In this document: positions 8,005-16,871 of the stretch, piece after piece
Position numbering within the stretch: position 1 is the stretch's first letter
How the letters are laid out: every line of letters starts with the position of its first letter
Assembly (NCBI GenBank): GCA_963718045.1
Contig: OY970350.1
Location: 210,001-242,000, forward strand
Origin: Candidatus Saccharimonadota bacterium
Lineage (GTDB): Bacteria; Patescibacteriota; Saccharimonadia; Saccharimonadales; UBA4665
Reading direction: 5' to 3'
DNA length: 32,000 nucleotides
Position numbers and translations under genes: made by a program
Notes under the pieces: generated by a model
Databases searched by the model: none
What the model was told of the DNA's origin: nothing
What the model saw: the letters and a program-made list of their open reading frames with translations, nothing else

Positions 8005-9281
8005 TGGAAAGATCTGTCAGGCGGCCGAAGTTTTTATCCCAAACTAATGACCTTAACCTTGGCCGGCGGCACAGGCCAGATTATTGGTTAGTTATTATCT
8101 GCGCCATCCTACTAGTTATCGGTGTGATTCTTGTTTATGCAATCGGGCCTGCACTAACAGTTACAACTCATTTGAGTGCTAGTTACTACACTAGCCGTCA
8201 GATTATAGCCATACTATTATCGGTGGTTGTCTTTTTAATTACTTCATCTATTCCTATAGCTACTTGGAAGAGAATGTACAGGCCAATTGCATTTTTAGCT
8301 CTTGGTGCAACATTACTGGCTATTATTCTGCCGGTTAATCCTTCTTATCCAGCACACCGTTGGGTAAGACTGGGGGGTTTATCTTTTCAATCTGTTGAAC
8401 TAGTGAAATTTGCCGTTATTATCTGGCTGGCAATGTTTCTGGCCAACGCAATTATTAATAATAAGATTAAAGATATGCGCAAGACACTTTGGCCCATATT
8501 GGTTGTTATAGCAGTACTAGGAGTGGTTATTGCTGGCATGCAAAAAGATTTAGGCTCTATGGGTGTAATTGTGGCCATTATGGCGGTAATGGCCTTTGTG
8601 GCTGGTCTGCCGCTTAAAAAGATAGCTATTATCGTCTGTATTATTGCTGCCGGCCTGGTGTTGGCTATAGTTGCTTTCCCTTATAGAATGGAAAGACTTG
8701 AAGCTTATCTGCACCCGTCTTCTAATTGTCAGAACGCTAGTGATTACCAAGCCTGCCAGGCCCTTATTGGCGTTGGTTCGGGTGGTTTATTTGGTTTAGG
8801 TCTAGGTCATAGTATCCAGGCATATGGCTATGAGCCGGAAGCAGACAATGACTCTATCTTTGCTATCTACGCTGAGACGTTTGGTTTTGTTGGCTGTATA
8901 GTTCTTCTGGCACTGTTTGCTGGTCTATTCAGCCATTTAAAGAGTATTGCTGAAAGAGTGGAGGATGACTTTAGCCGGTTAATTGTGGTCGGTGTACTTA
9001 CTTGGCTAAGTATCCAAACTGTTATTAATATTGGCGCCATGATCGGGCTGTTACCGTTAAAAGGGATTACCTTACCGTTTATTAGCTACGGTGGCACATC
9101 AATAGTCTTTTTAGCAGCGGCAATTGGTATAGTTTTCCAGATTTCTAGATATACATCACGCAGTCCGAAGGATAATATTGATTATGAAACTAGGGAAGGT
9201 AGGAGGCAATTAAATGACAATCGTCTTGACAGGCGGCGGGTCAGGGGGGCATATCACCCCGCTCCTGGTAGTCGCGTCTGA
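8004..9281 (+). CDS. ftsW: SEDS-family peptidoglycan glycosyltransferase FtsW/RodA
   Basis: About 10 TM segments and motifs LPLKGITLPFISYGGTS and DSIFAIYAETFG. The likely start is the ATG at 8004, overlapping the mraY TAA as TAATG (the track start at 7908 lies inside mraY). The Arg-rich C-terminal tail overlaps murG by 68 nt. Confidence 0.85.
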   Translation: MERSVRRPKFLSQTNDLNLGRRHRPDYWLVIICAILLVIGVILVYAIGPALTVTTHLSASYYTSRQIIAILLSVVVFLITSSIPIATWKRMYRPIAFLALGATLLAIILPVNPSYPAHRWVRLGGLSFQSVELVKFAVIIWLAMFLANAIINNKIKDMRKTLWPILVVIAVLGVVIAGMQKDLGSMGVIVAIMAVMAFVAGLPLKKIAIIVCIIAAGLVLAIVAFPYRMERLEAYLHPSSNCQNASDYQACQALIGVGSGGLFGLGLGHSIQAYGYEPEADNDSIFAIYAETFGFVGCIVLLALFAGLFSHLKSIAERVEDDFSRLIVVGVLTWLSIQTVINIGAMIGLLPLKGITLPFISYGGTSIVFLAAAIGIVFQISRYTSRSPKDNIDYETREGRRQLNDNRLDRRRVRGAYHPAPGSRV

Positions 9282-10383
9282 ACTTAAGAAACAGAATCCA
9301 GCCATTAAACTAATTTATATCGGTCAAAAAGGCGATGCCATGGTGGATATTCCGGCCAAAGACCCAAACATTGATGAGGTATATAAAGTACGGGCAGGGA
9401 AGTTCCGAAGATATAACGGCGAGGGTATTAAACAGTTCATCGACATTTCAACGATGATTAAAAACATCAGAGATGGCTTCTTAGTAATTATCGGTTTATT
9501 TGAGAGCATTTCTTTGATGAGGAAATTAAAACCTGATTTGGTCTTTTCTAGGGGAGGCTATGTAAGCGTACCGGTCTGTTTAGGCGCTAAATTTAACGGT
9601 GTTAGATATATAACCCATGACTCCGATCCAGTACCCAGCTTAACTAATAGAATAATAGGCAAGTGGGCCACTCTTCACTTTGTAGCGGCCGATAAATCTG
9701 TCTATAACTACCCGCCAGATAAAACAATAACAACCGGTATACCGCTCAGCAGCTCATTTAAGCCCCTGACTAAAGAAATCAGGGAAGGGTATAGACAAAA
9801 ACTGAACATTGGACCAAGGGAAAAGATGGTTTTTGTTATCGGGGGAGGGCTGGGTGCCCAGTCTTTAAATGAAGCGGTTATAGAGATAATGCCAAACATG
9901 CTGGCTGAATTTAAAGATTTGAAATTCGTCCATGTAGTTGGCAAAATTAACTTAGATCAAGTAAATAAAGCTTACCAAGAAACGTTAGATAAAGATCAGC
10001 TGTCCCATATAGAAGTCATAGACTTTACCGACCGTGTTTATGAATTTAGTGGTGCCGCAGATGTAGTAGTTACTCGGGCAGGAGCTACTAATCTGGCAGA
10101 GTTTGAACTCCAAGGCGTGCCAATGATTGTTATTCCTAGCACATTTTTAGTTGCCGGTCATCAATTAAAGAATGCCGAGATATTAAGTAAAAGTAATGCT
10201 GCTATCGTTATTAAAGACACAGATTTAGTCACAAACCCGTTTGTATTGGCTAAAGAGCTGAGCATGCTACTAAAAGATCCCAGAAAGAGACAAAGCTTAG
10301 CTTCTGGGTTATCTAAATTTGGCCATTCGGACGCCCGTAAGAAAATAGCTGAAATTATTCTAAAGACCGCTGAGGAAAAATAG
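9214..10383 (+). CDS. murG: Lipid II-forming N-acetylglucosaminyl transferase MurG
   Basis: LTGGGSGGHITPLL G-loop, VIGGGLGAQSLN, RAGATNLAEF. AGGAGG Shine-Dalgarno sequence 6 nt upstream of the ATG. Confidence 0.9.
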   Translation: MTIVLTGGGSGGHITPLLVVASELKKQNPAIKLIYIGQKGDAMVDIPAKDPNIDEVYKVRAGKFRRYNGEGIKQFIDISTMIKNIRDGFLVIIGLFESISLMRKLKPDLVFSRGGYVSVPVCLGAKFNGVRYITHDSDPVPSLTNRIIGKWATLHFVAADKSVYNYPPDKTITTGIPLSSSFKPLTKEIREGYRQKLNIGPREKMVFVIGGGLGAQSLNEAVIEIMPNMLAEFKDLKFVHVVGKINLDQVNKAYQETLDKDQLSHIEVIDFTDRVYEFSGAADVVVTRAGATNLAEFELQGVPMIVIPSTFLVAGHQLKNAEILSKSNAAIVIKDTDLVTNPFVLAKELSMLLKDPRKRQSLASGLSKFGHSDARKKIAEIILKTAEEK

Positions 10384-10385
10384 AC

Positions 10386-11306
10386 ATGGTTCTCGGGAAA
10401 AAGAAAGAAGATATACCCAGAAGATTAGATGCGTCTTTAAAAACTTCTATGCCGACATATTCTTACCGTAGCGTAAGAGCTAATGAAGACCGTCAGACAG
10501 CAAATCGTGACCTTAAAAAAGTTAGTACTAAACGGCTTAAGATAGCCAGGAATATATGGATCGAAAAATTTGGCCTCATTATTCTTGCCGTAGTTATTGT
10601 CGTCTGTCTTTTTAGTATTTTATATCTATCAAGCACACCCAATGTCGTTATGCTAGGTGATGATAACAATCCTTTATTCACCAGTTCTAAAGCTGCAGTA
10701 GGCCAAGAAGCTCAGAGGCTATTATCTAGCTCGCTGCTAAATAAAAATAAGATAACAGTTAACACTCATAAAATAACCGATAACCTGGAAGAAGACTTCC
10801 CAATGTATAGCGATATATCGATTGGTTTACCGTTCATTGATCACCATCCGGTTATATACTTAACGCCCGCACAGCCAGAAGTTAGTCTGACTAACGTTAG
10901 TGGACAGTATGTTTTAAATTCCAACGGCCAGATTATGCTAAGAAGCATCAATCCCAAGTATTTTAACGACCTAGATCTGCCAAATGTAACGTACCAGCTG
11001 CCGGGTTATCTGTCTGTCGGCGAGCAAATACTGACTAGTAACGAGGTTAGTTTTATTCAAACAGTGATCTACGAGTTAAACACCAGAGCTGTAACAGTGT
11101 CGAAAATTACCTTACTACAGGCAACATCAGAGCTAGATGTATATATAGCTAATGAACCTTATTACGTTAAATTTAATATAGAGAATAATGATCCAAAGCA
11201 ACAGGCAGGGAGCTTACTGGCAACGCAGCATTATCTTAAAGAACAAAATATAACGCCGTCTAAGTATATCGATGTCAGGGTAGATGGCAGGGTATATTAC
11301 CAGTAG
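10386..11306 (+). CDS. ftsQ: FtsQ/DivIB-like bitopic membrane protein (assignment by position and architecture)
   Basis: Basic cytoplasmic N-terminus, one TM segment (FGLIILAVVIVVCLFSILYL) and an extracytoplasmic domain of about 220 aa. Starts 2 nt after the murG stop, at the usual ftsQ position. I recognised no strong sequence motif. Confidence 0.45.
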   Translation: MVLGKKKEDIPRRLDASLKTSMPTYSYRSVRANEDRQTANRDLKKVSTKRLKIARNIWIEKFGLIILAVVIVVCLFSILYLSSTPNVVMLGDDNNPLFTSSKAAVGQEAQRLLSSSLLNKNKITVNTHKITDNLEEDFPMYSDISIGLPFIDHHPVIYLTPAQPEVSLTNVSGQYVLNSNGQIMLRSINPKYFNDLDLPNVTYQLPGYLSVGEQILTSNEVSFIQTVIYELNTRAVTVSKITLLQATSELDVYIANEPYYVKFNIENNDPKQQAGSLLATQHYLKEQNITPSKYIDVRVDGRVYYQ

Positions 11307-11503
11307 ATATTAACAGCTTCTATCACCCGTTACCCTTCTAGTTCGCAAATTGTTCAGTTAGTAATAAATACTTAATTTTGATAAATACATATATTAATAT
11401 ATCATAATGACTAAAAGTCAAATTATTGCCATATAGAGCAGGAAAGGGAGGTAACGGAAAATTTGGCGGTATCTATGGTAAAAGAATAATTTCACGACAT
11501 AAC

Positions 11504-11512
11504 TGTGGATAA
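11504..11512 (-). promoter_or_regulatory. Perfect consensus DnaA-box sequence, copy 3
   Basis: The same 11-mer CTGTGGATAAG occurs at 11503-11513 inside the ORF-free gap. Its flanks are unrelated to those of copies 1 and 2. Confidence 0.4.
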
Positions 11513-12184
11513 GTCAAATAGTGTTTTATCTCACACTCCAGACCATAGAGGGATTTATGTATGACGAGTGCGAGTAAAAGACTGTATAGATGAATCTAGC
11601 GCTTGGGGTATCTAGTATATTAGTGTGTTAAGTATATAAACAACCAATTATAGCTGGGACTACATAATAGTCCCCTGCAGTAGAGGTATTAGTTATCATC
11701 TTTTAATCCAATATAAGAGTCGTAAAAGATATATTGTACGACATTATATTTATCGATCAGTCTTTGCTTTCCTACCATCCCTTGTATGCCTATATTTTGT
11801 GATTTGCCCTTCGTTTGGTTGTGTTTTGTTTTTGCCCTGCCTTATTCATGTGCCCTGCATAATATACAAAGCATTATCGTACCCTACTACTTTCCCTACT
11901 GCATACGTGTTCGTAAAATGTTTATTCTATTTGTGATTTCTAGTTAAACCCAACGATATAGTCGGCCAGACCATTCATCGAATCTCATAGAATACACAAT
12001 CACCTGGGGACCCAGTGTCGGCAATTGACTGTTCTGCAATAAGTGGTCCATCAATCTGTGGATCTAGAGATGTTTGGCGGTCAATGCCAAAGCTACCCAG
12101 ATGTTTTTCAATCTGTTGCTGAACCTCACGATGTTGCAGTATTAATAAATCTTTATCTATATCAACAGGTATGGTATTTGCTCG

Positions 12185-13219
12185 TTATTCAGACAGTTCG
12201 TAGGTAGCCTTAGCAACTCGTTTGAATTGAGGCTTGCCTTGAAGATTGAGTAAAATAGTTGTTTCTTTTACGAAGCGGCTCTTTAAAACTCTTTTAACAA
12301 TCTCATCCCGATGCAGTGGCTGCTTAGCTTCTCTGAGTACATTTGCTATAACATCGGCAACTGTACCATTTTGGTAACCCCATTCTTTAAGGGCGTAGAT
12401 GCCACGGCCAATTAAGACAAATCTTTTATCTTTAATAAGTTCGTTATGGATAGCCTGAGTGGTAACATCTTTTCTTTTGAAATCACTTTGCTTTATGGCG
12501 CTAGCAATATCATTAAAGTGCATATGCTTGCCGTTTTCCTTTAAGATAACGTAAATTTTATCCCTAATATTCTTGGGGTTAACTTCCGGCCACTTAACCA
12601 AACCCCATTGGCCGTTAAATGAAGCCAATTGCTTGGATATACCGGCTAAAGCTTGGGTTTGCTGGACATCTTTTGTCCCTGCACTTTTAGCGATGGTGGC
12701 AATATCCTTTGGCACGGCAAATTTAGTAATAACACCTATGATCTTCTCGACATTAGTCTTTATACTGTCCTCGTCGAAGACTGATTTATTAGCAATTGCC
12801 GGATAGAAGTTATCGTCCTCAGATAATACTGTTAAGTTAGGGCTAAGTTCAGCCAAGAATGTTATACGAGACTGCTCTTCCCTGTTCTGGTTGCCGATTA
12901 GCATTTCAGCAAGGTGTACAGTTTTTGCTATCTGTCCAACAGATGACAATTTTTCAAGTATAGTTTTCTCAAAAGATGATATCTGGCTTAATTTACCTTG
13001 TTCGGCATACTGTTTTAGACGGCTAACAACAGACTTTTCAAGCTGTCTTACCCTTTCCCTTGTTATACCTAGAGTCTCACCAATCTGTTCCAAAGTTTCT
13101 TTTCGGTCAAATAGACCAAAACGCTTTGAAACTATTTCTCGCTCTCTCTCGCGATCAATAGTTGCTAAAACGTTATTGACTAACTTTTCGGTTGACAGAT
13201 CGGTCTTTAATGATGGCAT
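12185..13219 (-). CDS. Sigma-70 region-4 HTH protein with two C-terminal HARE-HTH-like domains
   Basis: The N-terminus REREIVSKRFGLFDRKETLEQIGETLGITRERVRQLEKSVVSRLK is a sigma-70 region 4-type HTH. The segments HFNDIASAIKQ...FVLIGRGIYALKEW and QPLHRDEIVKRVL...FKRVAKATYEL resemble the HARE-HTH fold of the RNAP delta subunit N-terminus. Confidence 0.6.
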   Translation of the reverse strand: MPSLKTDLSTEKLVNNVLATIDREREREIVSKRFGLFDRKETLEQIGETLGITRERVRQLEKSVVSRLKQYAEQGKLSQISSFEKTILEKLSSVGQIAKTVHLAEMLIGNQNREEQSRITFLAELSPNLTVLSEDDNFYPAIANKSVFDEDSIKTNVEKIIGVITKFAVPKDIATIAKSAGTKDVQQTQALAGISKQLASFNGQWGLVKWPEVNPKNIRDKIYVILKENGKHMHFNDIASAIKQSDFKRKDVTTQAIHNELIKDKRFVLIGRGIYALKEWGYQNGTVADVIANVLREAKQPLHRDEIVKRVLKSRFVKETTILLNLQGKPQFKRVAKATYELSE

Positions 13220-13391
13220 ATATTATCCTGTGCTAAAGTTAATATAACTATACAACTTTTGCGTTATTAAGTCAACTCATATATTAAACAATGTTATTGT
13301 AGCACAATAATGACGTCCATGCATACTTTTGGTTTAAAAACGTTAGCATAGCACTGCTTTTACTGACTGGCAAAAACATCCGTTAAATATA

Positions 13392-15671
13392 TTACCTCTT
13401 ATTACGGCTATACCTAGCTTGCTTTTTTGCTAATAACTCCTTAGCTTGGGCTTCTGTCAGATCTTTAGGATCAATGTTTTTGGGTAACCTAACGTTCTTT
13501 TTACCGTTTGTAAGATAAGGGCCGTATGGGCCGTTTAGGACTTTAAGCTGACTAGAAAATTCCTTTATTTCCCTTTCGGCAGTTTTCGTTAAATATTCCT
13601 CATATATCTCATTAGCTTCTTCATTGGAAACGGATAAGGGGTCAAGCTTAATAGATATGAACTTCTTTTCTACTAAAATGTATGGCCCGAAACGACCTAT
13701 GTTAGCCATTATTACTTTACCGTCTTTAGTTTTTCCGACTTCTCTAGGCAGAGATAACATTGAAAGAGCTTGAGTAAGAGTCACATCATCTAATGTGGTG
13801 TTTGCCGGCAAAGCTGCAAAAGCTGGCTTCTTGGTCTTATCTTCAGCGTCACCTCTTTGTATTACCGGGCCGAACCTACCCAAACGGGCGTAAATCGGTT
13901 CATTAGTCTTCGGGTCGTTGCCAATGAGCCTGGCTTTAGATACATCCTTCCTTGAGACGTCGGCAGATTTTTCAACTAGTTCATGGAAGTAATCATAAAA
14001 ACGTTTAAGCATATCACTCCACTCTTCTTTGCCCTCGGCTATGCTGTCGAAATCTTCTTCTACCTTAGCCGTAAATTTGTAGTCAACAATTCTTGGGAAG
14101 TGTTCGACCAGAAAATTGGTTGTTAAATCAGCCATAGGTGTCGGGACAAGTTTATTCTTGTCTGCTCCGGTTACATTTGTCTCTGTTCTTTCCCTAATTT
14201 TGTCGCCTATGAGTTCAATGATTTTTGTTTTACGCTCTATGCCGTCAAGATCCTTCTTCTCTATATATCCTCTGCTTTGGATAGTAGATATGGTCGGAGC
14301 ATAAGTGCTAGGACGGCCAATACCAAGTTCTTCAAGTTTTTTAACCAGTGAAGCTTCACTGTATCTGACTGGCCCTCTAGAAAATGTCTCATTAGCCGCA
14401 AGCATAAAACAGTTAAGCTGTTGGTTATTCTTAAGAGCTGGCAGTAAACTGTCTTGGCTGGACGACCCGTATACTCTAACAAAACCATCAAATACTAAAA
14501 CTTCACCTTTAGCGACAAACATATCGTAAGAGCTGGCTTTAGAAATTGCTATATCTACTTCTGTTCGTTCAAATTCTGCTGGCGTCATCTGGGAAGACAA
14601 TGTACGCTGCCAGATAAGTTTATATAGGCTATCTAACTGCCTGTCTCCGGATACGGATTGCTGGCGAAAATCCGTTGGTCTGATGGCTTCGTGAGCTTCC
14701 TGGGCGCTTGCCTGCTTTGTCTTATATTGCTTAGGACGAGAATATTTTTGTCCAAAGTTTTTAAGTATGTAATCTTTAGCTGAATCAACGGCGAAGTTAG
14801 ACAGCAATGTACTGTCGGTTCTCATATAGGTAATGTCACCATTCTCATAAAGTCTTTGAGCTAAGGTCATTGTCTGTCTGACCGAAAAGCCTAATCTTCT
14901 TGAAGCTTCCTGCTGAAGACTGCTGGTGGTAAATGGCGCGCTAGGGTTTCTAAGAGACGGTTTTTTTCGTATGCCGGTGACCGTATATTTGGAGCCGGCA
15001 ATATTCTCGAGCCATTTCTTAGCTTCTTCGTAATCTGTTAATGATCTGTTAAGTTCAGCTGTAAACTCCTGGCCGTCTTCTTTAAAAGTAGCAATAATCT
15101 TGAAAGTCGAAGCCGCTTCAAAGTCTTTTATTTCCCTCTCACGGTCGACAATCAGACGGACTGCAACAGATTGTACCCTGCCGGCGCTTAATCCGCTTTG
15201 AATTTTTTTCCAAAGCACTGGGCTTAATTCGTAACCGACTAAACGGTCTAATATTCGCCTTGCCTGCTGGGCATCAACTAACTTTTCATCTATGGTTCGA
15301 GGATTTTTTATGGCTTCATCTATCGCTGGCTTTGTTATTTCATGGAAGACTATTCGTTTTGTAGTAGATGGGTTTAACCCCAGTGCCTTAGTTAAATGCC
15401 AAGCAATAGCTTCCCCTTCCCGGTCTTCATCGCTTGCTAGCCAGACTTCTTTATCTTTAGCGGCTTTCTTAAGCTCGCTAACGACCCTTCTCTTATCCGC
15501 GCTTATTTCATACCTAGGTGCAAAATTATGCTCTATATCTATATTTAGACCCTTCTTAGGTAAGTCCCTGATATGACCAAAACTGCTTTGGACCTCATAA
15601 TCCTTGCCTAGAAACCTGGCAATAGTCCGGGCTTTAGCTGGGCTTTCAACAATAACTAAATTCTTAGCCAT
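13392..15671 (-). CDS. topA: DNA topoisomerase I
   Basis: TOPRIM N-terminus MAKNLVIVESPAKARTIARFLG, a DEDREGE acidic cluster, and active-site region GDITYMRTDS. The C-terminus has three GRFGPY-type repeats and a Lys-rich tail instead of Cys4 zinc ribbons. Confidence 0.95.
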   Translation of the reverse strand: MAKNLVIVESPAKARTIARFLGKDYEVQSSFGHIRDLPKKGLNIDIEHNFAPRYEISADKRRVVSELKKAAKDKEVWLASDEDREGEAIAWHLTKALGLNPSTTKRIVFHEITKPAIDEAIKNPRTIDEKLVDAQQARRILDRLVGYELSPVLWKKIQSGLSAGRVQSVAVRLIVDREREIKDFEAASTFKIIATFKEDGQEFTAELNRSLTDYEEAKKWLENIAGSKYTVTGIRKKPSLRNPSAPFTTSSLQQEASRRLGFSVRQTMTLAQRLYENGDITYMRTDSTLLSNFAVDSAKDYILKNFGQKYSRPKQYKTKQASAQEAHEAIRPTDFRQQSVSGDRQLDSLYKLIWQRTLSSQMTPAEFERTEVDIAISKASSYDMFVAKGEVLVFDGFVRVYGSSSQDSLLPALKNNQQLNCFMLAANETFSRGPVRYSEASLVKKLEELGIGRPSTYAPTISTIQSRGYIEKKDLDGIERKTKIIELIGDKIRERTETNVTGADKNKLVPTPMADLTTNFLVEHFPRIVDYKFTAKVEEDFDSIAEGKEEWSDMLKRFYDYFHELVEKSADVSRKDVSKARLIGNDPKTNEPIYARLGRFGPVIQRGDAEDKTKKPAFAALPANTTLDDVTLTQALSMLSLPREVGKTKDGKVIMANIGRFGPYILVEKKFISIKLDPLSVSNEEANEIYEEYLTKTAEREIKEFSSQLKVLNGPYGPYLTNGKKNVRLPKNIDPKDLTEAQAKELLAKKQARYSRNKR

Positions 15672-15838
15672 AGTATTACACTTAAACTCATTTAACTTGA
15701 TAATGCAAATAACTTATTTTTAACTGATGAATAGTAAAAATCTATAAGTCAGACTAGTTGTTATCTTCACAGATAAGCTTAAGTGGTAAAATATATAAAA
15801 ATACTAATTTGCTAATATTACTAATTTAGTAATTAGTA

Positions 15839-15867
15839 TTGACATTAGACAATAAATTCGTTAAAAT
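15839..15867 (+). promoter_or_regulatory. Sigma-70-type promoter of the orphan RNA
   Basis: TTGACA (15839-15844), a 17-nt spacer, then TAAAAT (15862-15867). The -35 element is overlapped by a 10-bp inverted repeat, AATACTAATT (15800-15809) / AATTAGTATT (15831-15840). Confidence 0.5.
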
Positions 15868-15872
15868 GGCAA

Positions 15873-16179
15873 TCCGTGAGTCATTTTTTAGACTCAAGTA
15901 CCTTTACCCCATCTAACAAATGTTAGATTGTTTTAGAGCGAAAAGTAAGTTGTTACCCTCCACTTATCTTTAATAAAAAACGCTCTAAAACAAACTAATC
16001 CCTTTAAACTCCCGCTTTCAAGTGAGCCTAAATGGTGACCGCAAGGTCGACGAAGGTAATTAAATATATTTTAAACCTTTATCGTTTCACCGGGATGGGT
16101 TGAAGGGTGCGGAGATAACCTAAAGTTATCTCCATTAAGAGACTTCGGCGGTGCCCACCCCCTCCGAAGTCTCTTTTTT
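15873..16179 (+). ncRNA. Unclassified structured small RNA (about 300 nt); 5' end estimated from the promoter
   Basis: Bounded by the consensus promoter and an intrinsic terminator. There is no ORF and no downstream + strand gene. Perfect helices: 15877-15882/15891-15896, 15911-15918/15921-15928, 15931-15940/15981-15990 (10 bp), 16111-16119/16125-16133 (9 bp). Candidate long-range pairing of CCCATC (about 15907-15912) with GATGGG (about 16094-16099). Confidence 0.5.
16138..16179 (+). terminator. Rho-independent terminator
   Basis: An 11-bp perfect stem, AGAGACTTCGG (16138-16148) / CCGAAGTCTCT (16164-16174), with a 15-nt loop and a T-run through 16179. It abuts the convergent pth stop codon. 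Confidence 0.7.
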
Positions 16180-16825
16180 AAATAAGAAATGATCTTGATT
16201 CATTTGTTATATCGTTCGACCCGTAGATGTATTCGGTTAGAATGGCGGTTACTTCACGGAATAGATTTGGCAGTTCTTTTTGTTCTTCACTCGAAAAGTT
16301 TTGAAGGACAAAGTCTTTTGAATCTATTTGGGCTGGTTTCTTAGGACCGATGCCTATTCTAATCCGGCCGTAGTTATCTTCTCCAAGTGCCTCGGTAATT
16401 GACTTTATGCCATTATGTCCGGCATCAGAACCGCCTAGTCGTGTTCTTATCTGTCCGAAATTAATATCTAGCTCGTCATGAATAACTAAGATACTACTGC
16501 TTTCAATCTTATAGAAATTTGTAACTAAGGATAAAGCTTCCCCGCTGTTGTTCATAAATGTCAGTGGTTTTATAACAATTACCCTTTTATCTCCCATCTG
16601 TGCGGTATTCATCTGGCATTTTAGGTCTTTCTTAACTACCCAGCCGCTAAACTCCTCAGTAGCCTTAATAAACTCTTCAACTGATCGGTAGCCAATATTA
16701 TGCCTTGAAAAGACGTATCCTTCACCAGGGTTGCCTAATCCGGCAATAAGAACTGTTTTATGAAGCCCGACAGTATAAAAAAGAGACGGGTTACTTACTT
16801 GCGGGCGTTTTTGTAGCCAGGACAT
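16178..16825 (-). CDS. pth: Peptidyl-tRNA hydrolase
   Basis: LIAGLGNPGEGYVFSRHNIGY, VIHDELD, GGSDAGHNGIKS motifs. Carries an N-terminal extension of about 24 aa relative to typical Pth. Confidence 0.9.
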   Translation of the reverse strand: MSWLQKRPQVSNPSLFYTVGLHKTVLIAGLGNPGEGYVFSRHNIGYRSVEEFIKATEEFSGWVVKKDLKCQMNTAQMGDKRVIVIKPLTFMNNSGEALSLVTNFYKIESSSILVIHDELDINFGQIRTRLGGSDAGHNGIKSITEALGEDNYGRIRIGIGPKKPAQIDSKDFVLQNFSSEEQKELPNLFREVTAILTEYIYGSNDITNESRSFLI

Positions 16826-16871
16826 ACTTAAGAGTATCTAGAACTTAGTAGCCTATAGTCAAGAGGCTTGT

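Noticed and set aside
9214-9281. A 68-nt overlap between the ftsW 3' end (Arg-rich tail) and murG.
   Set aside because: The murG start is strongly supported (AGGAGG Shine-Dalgarno sequence, and the conserved G-loop begins at residue 6). A basic unconserved FtsW tail reading through is plausible in compact genomes. I saw no evidence of anything beyond an ordinary gene overlap.
15873-16179. Whether the orphan RNA is RNase P RNA, SRP RNA, tmRNA or 6S RNA.
   Set aside because: GAAGGGTGCGG resembles part of the bacterial RNase P P10-P12 region, and CCGGGATG...GCCCACCCCC loosely resembles the 4.5S RNA 3' end. However, the obligatory GAGGAAAGTCC/ACAGAA P4 elements, the SRP GGAA-tetraloop AGGUCCGGAAGGAAGCAGC motif, and a tmRNA tRNA-like T-arm, CCA end or tag ORF are all absent. 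I left it unclassified.
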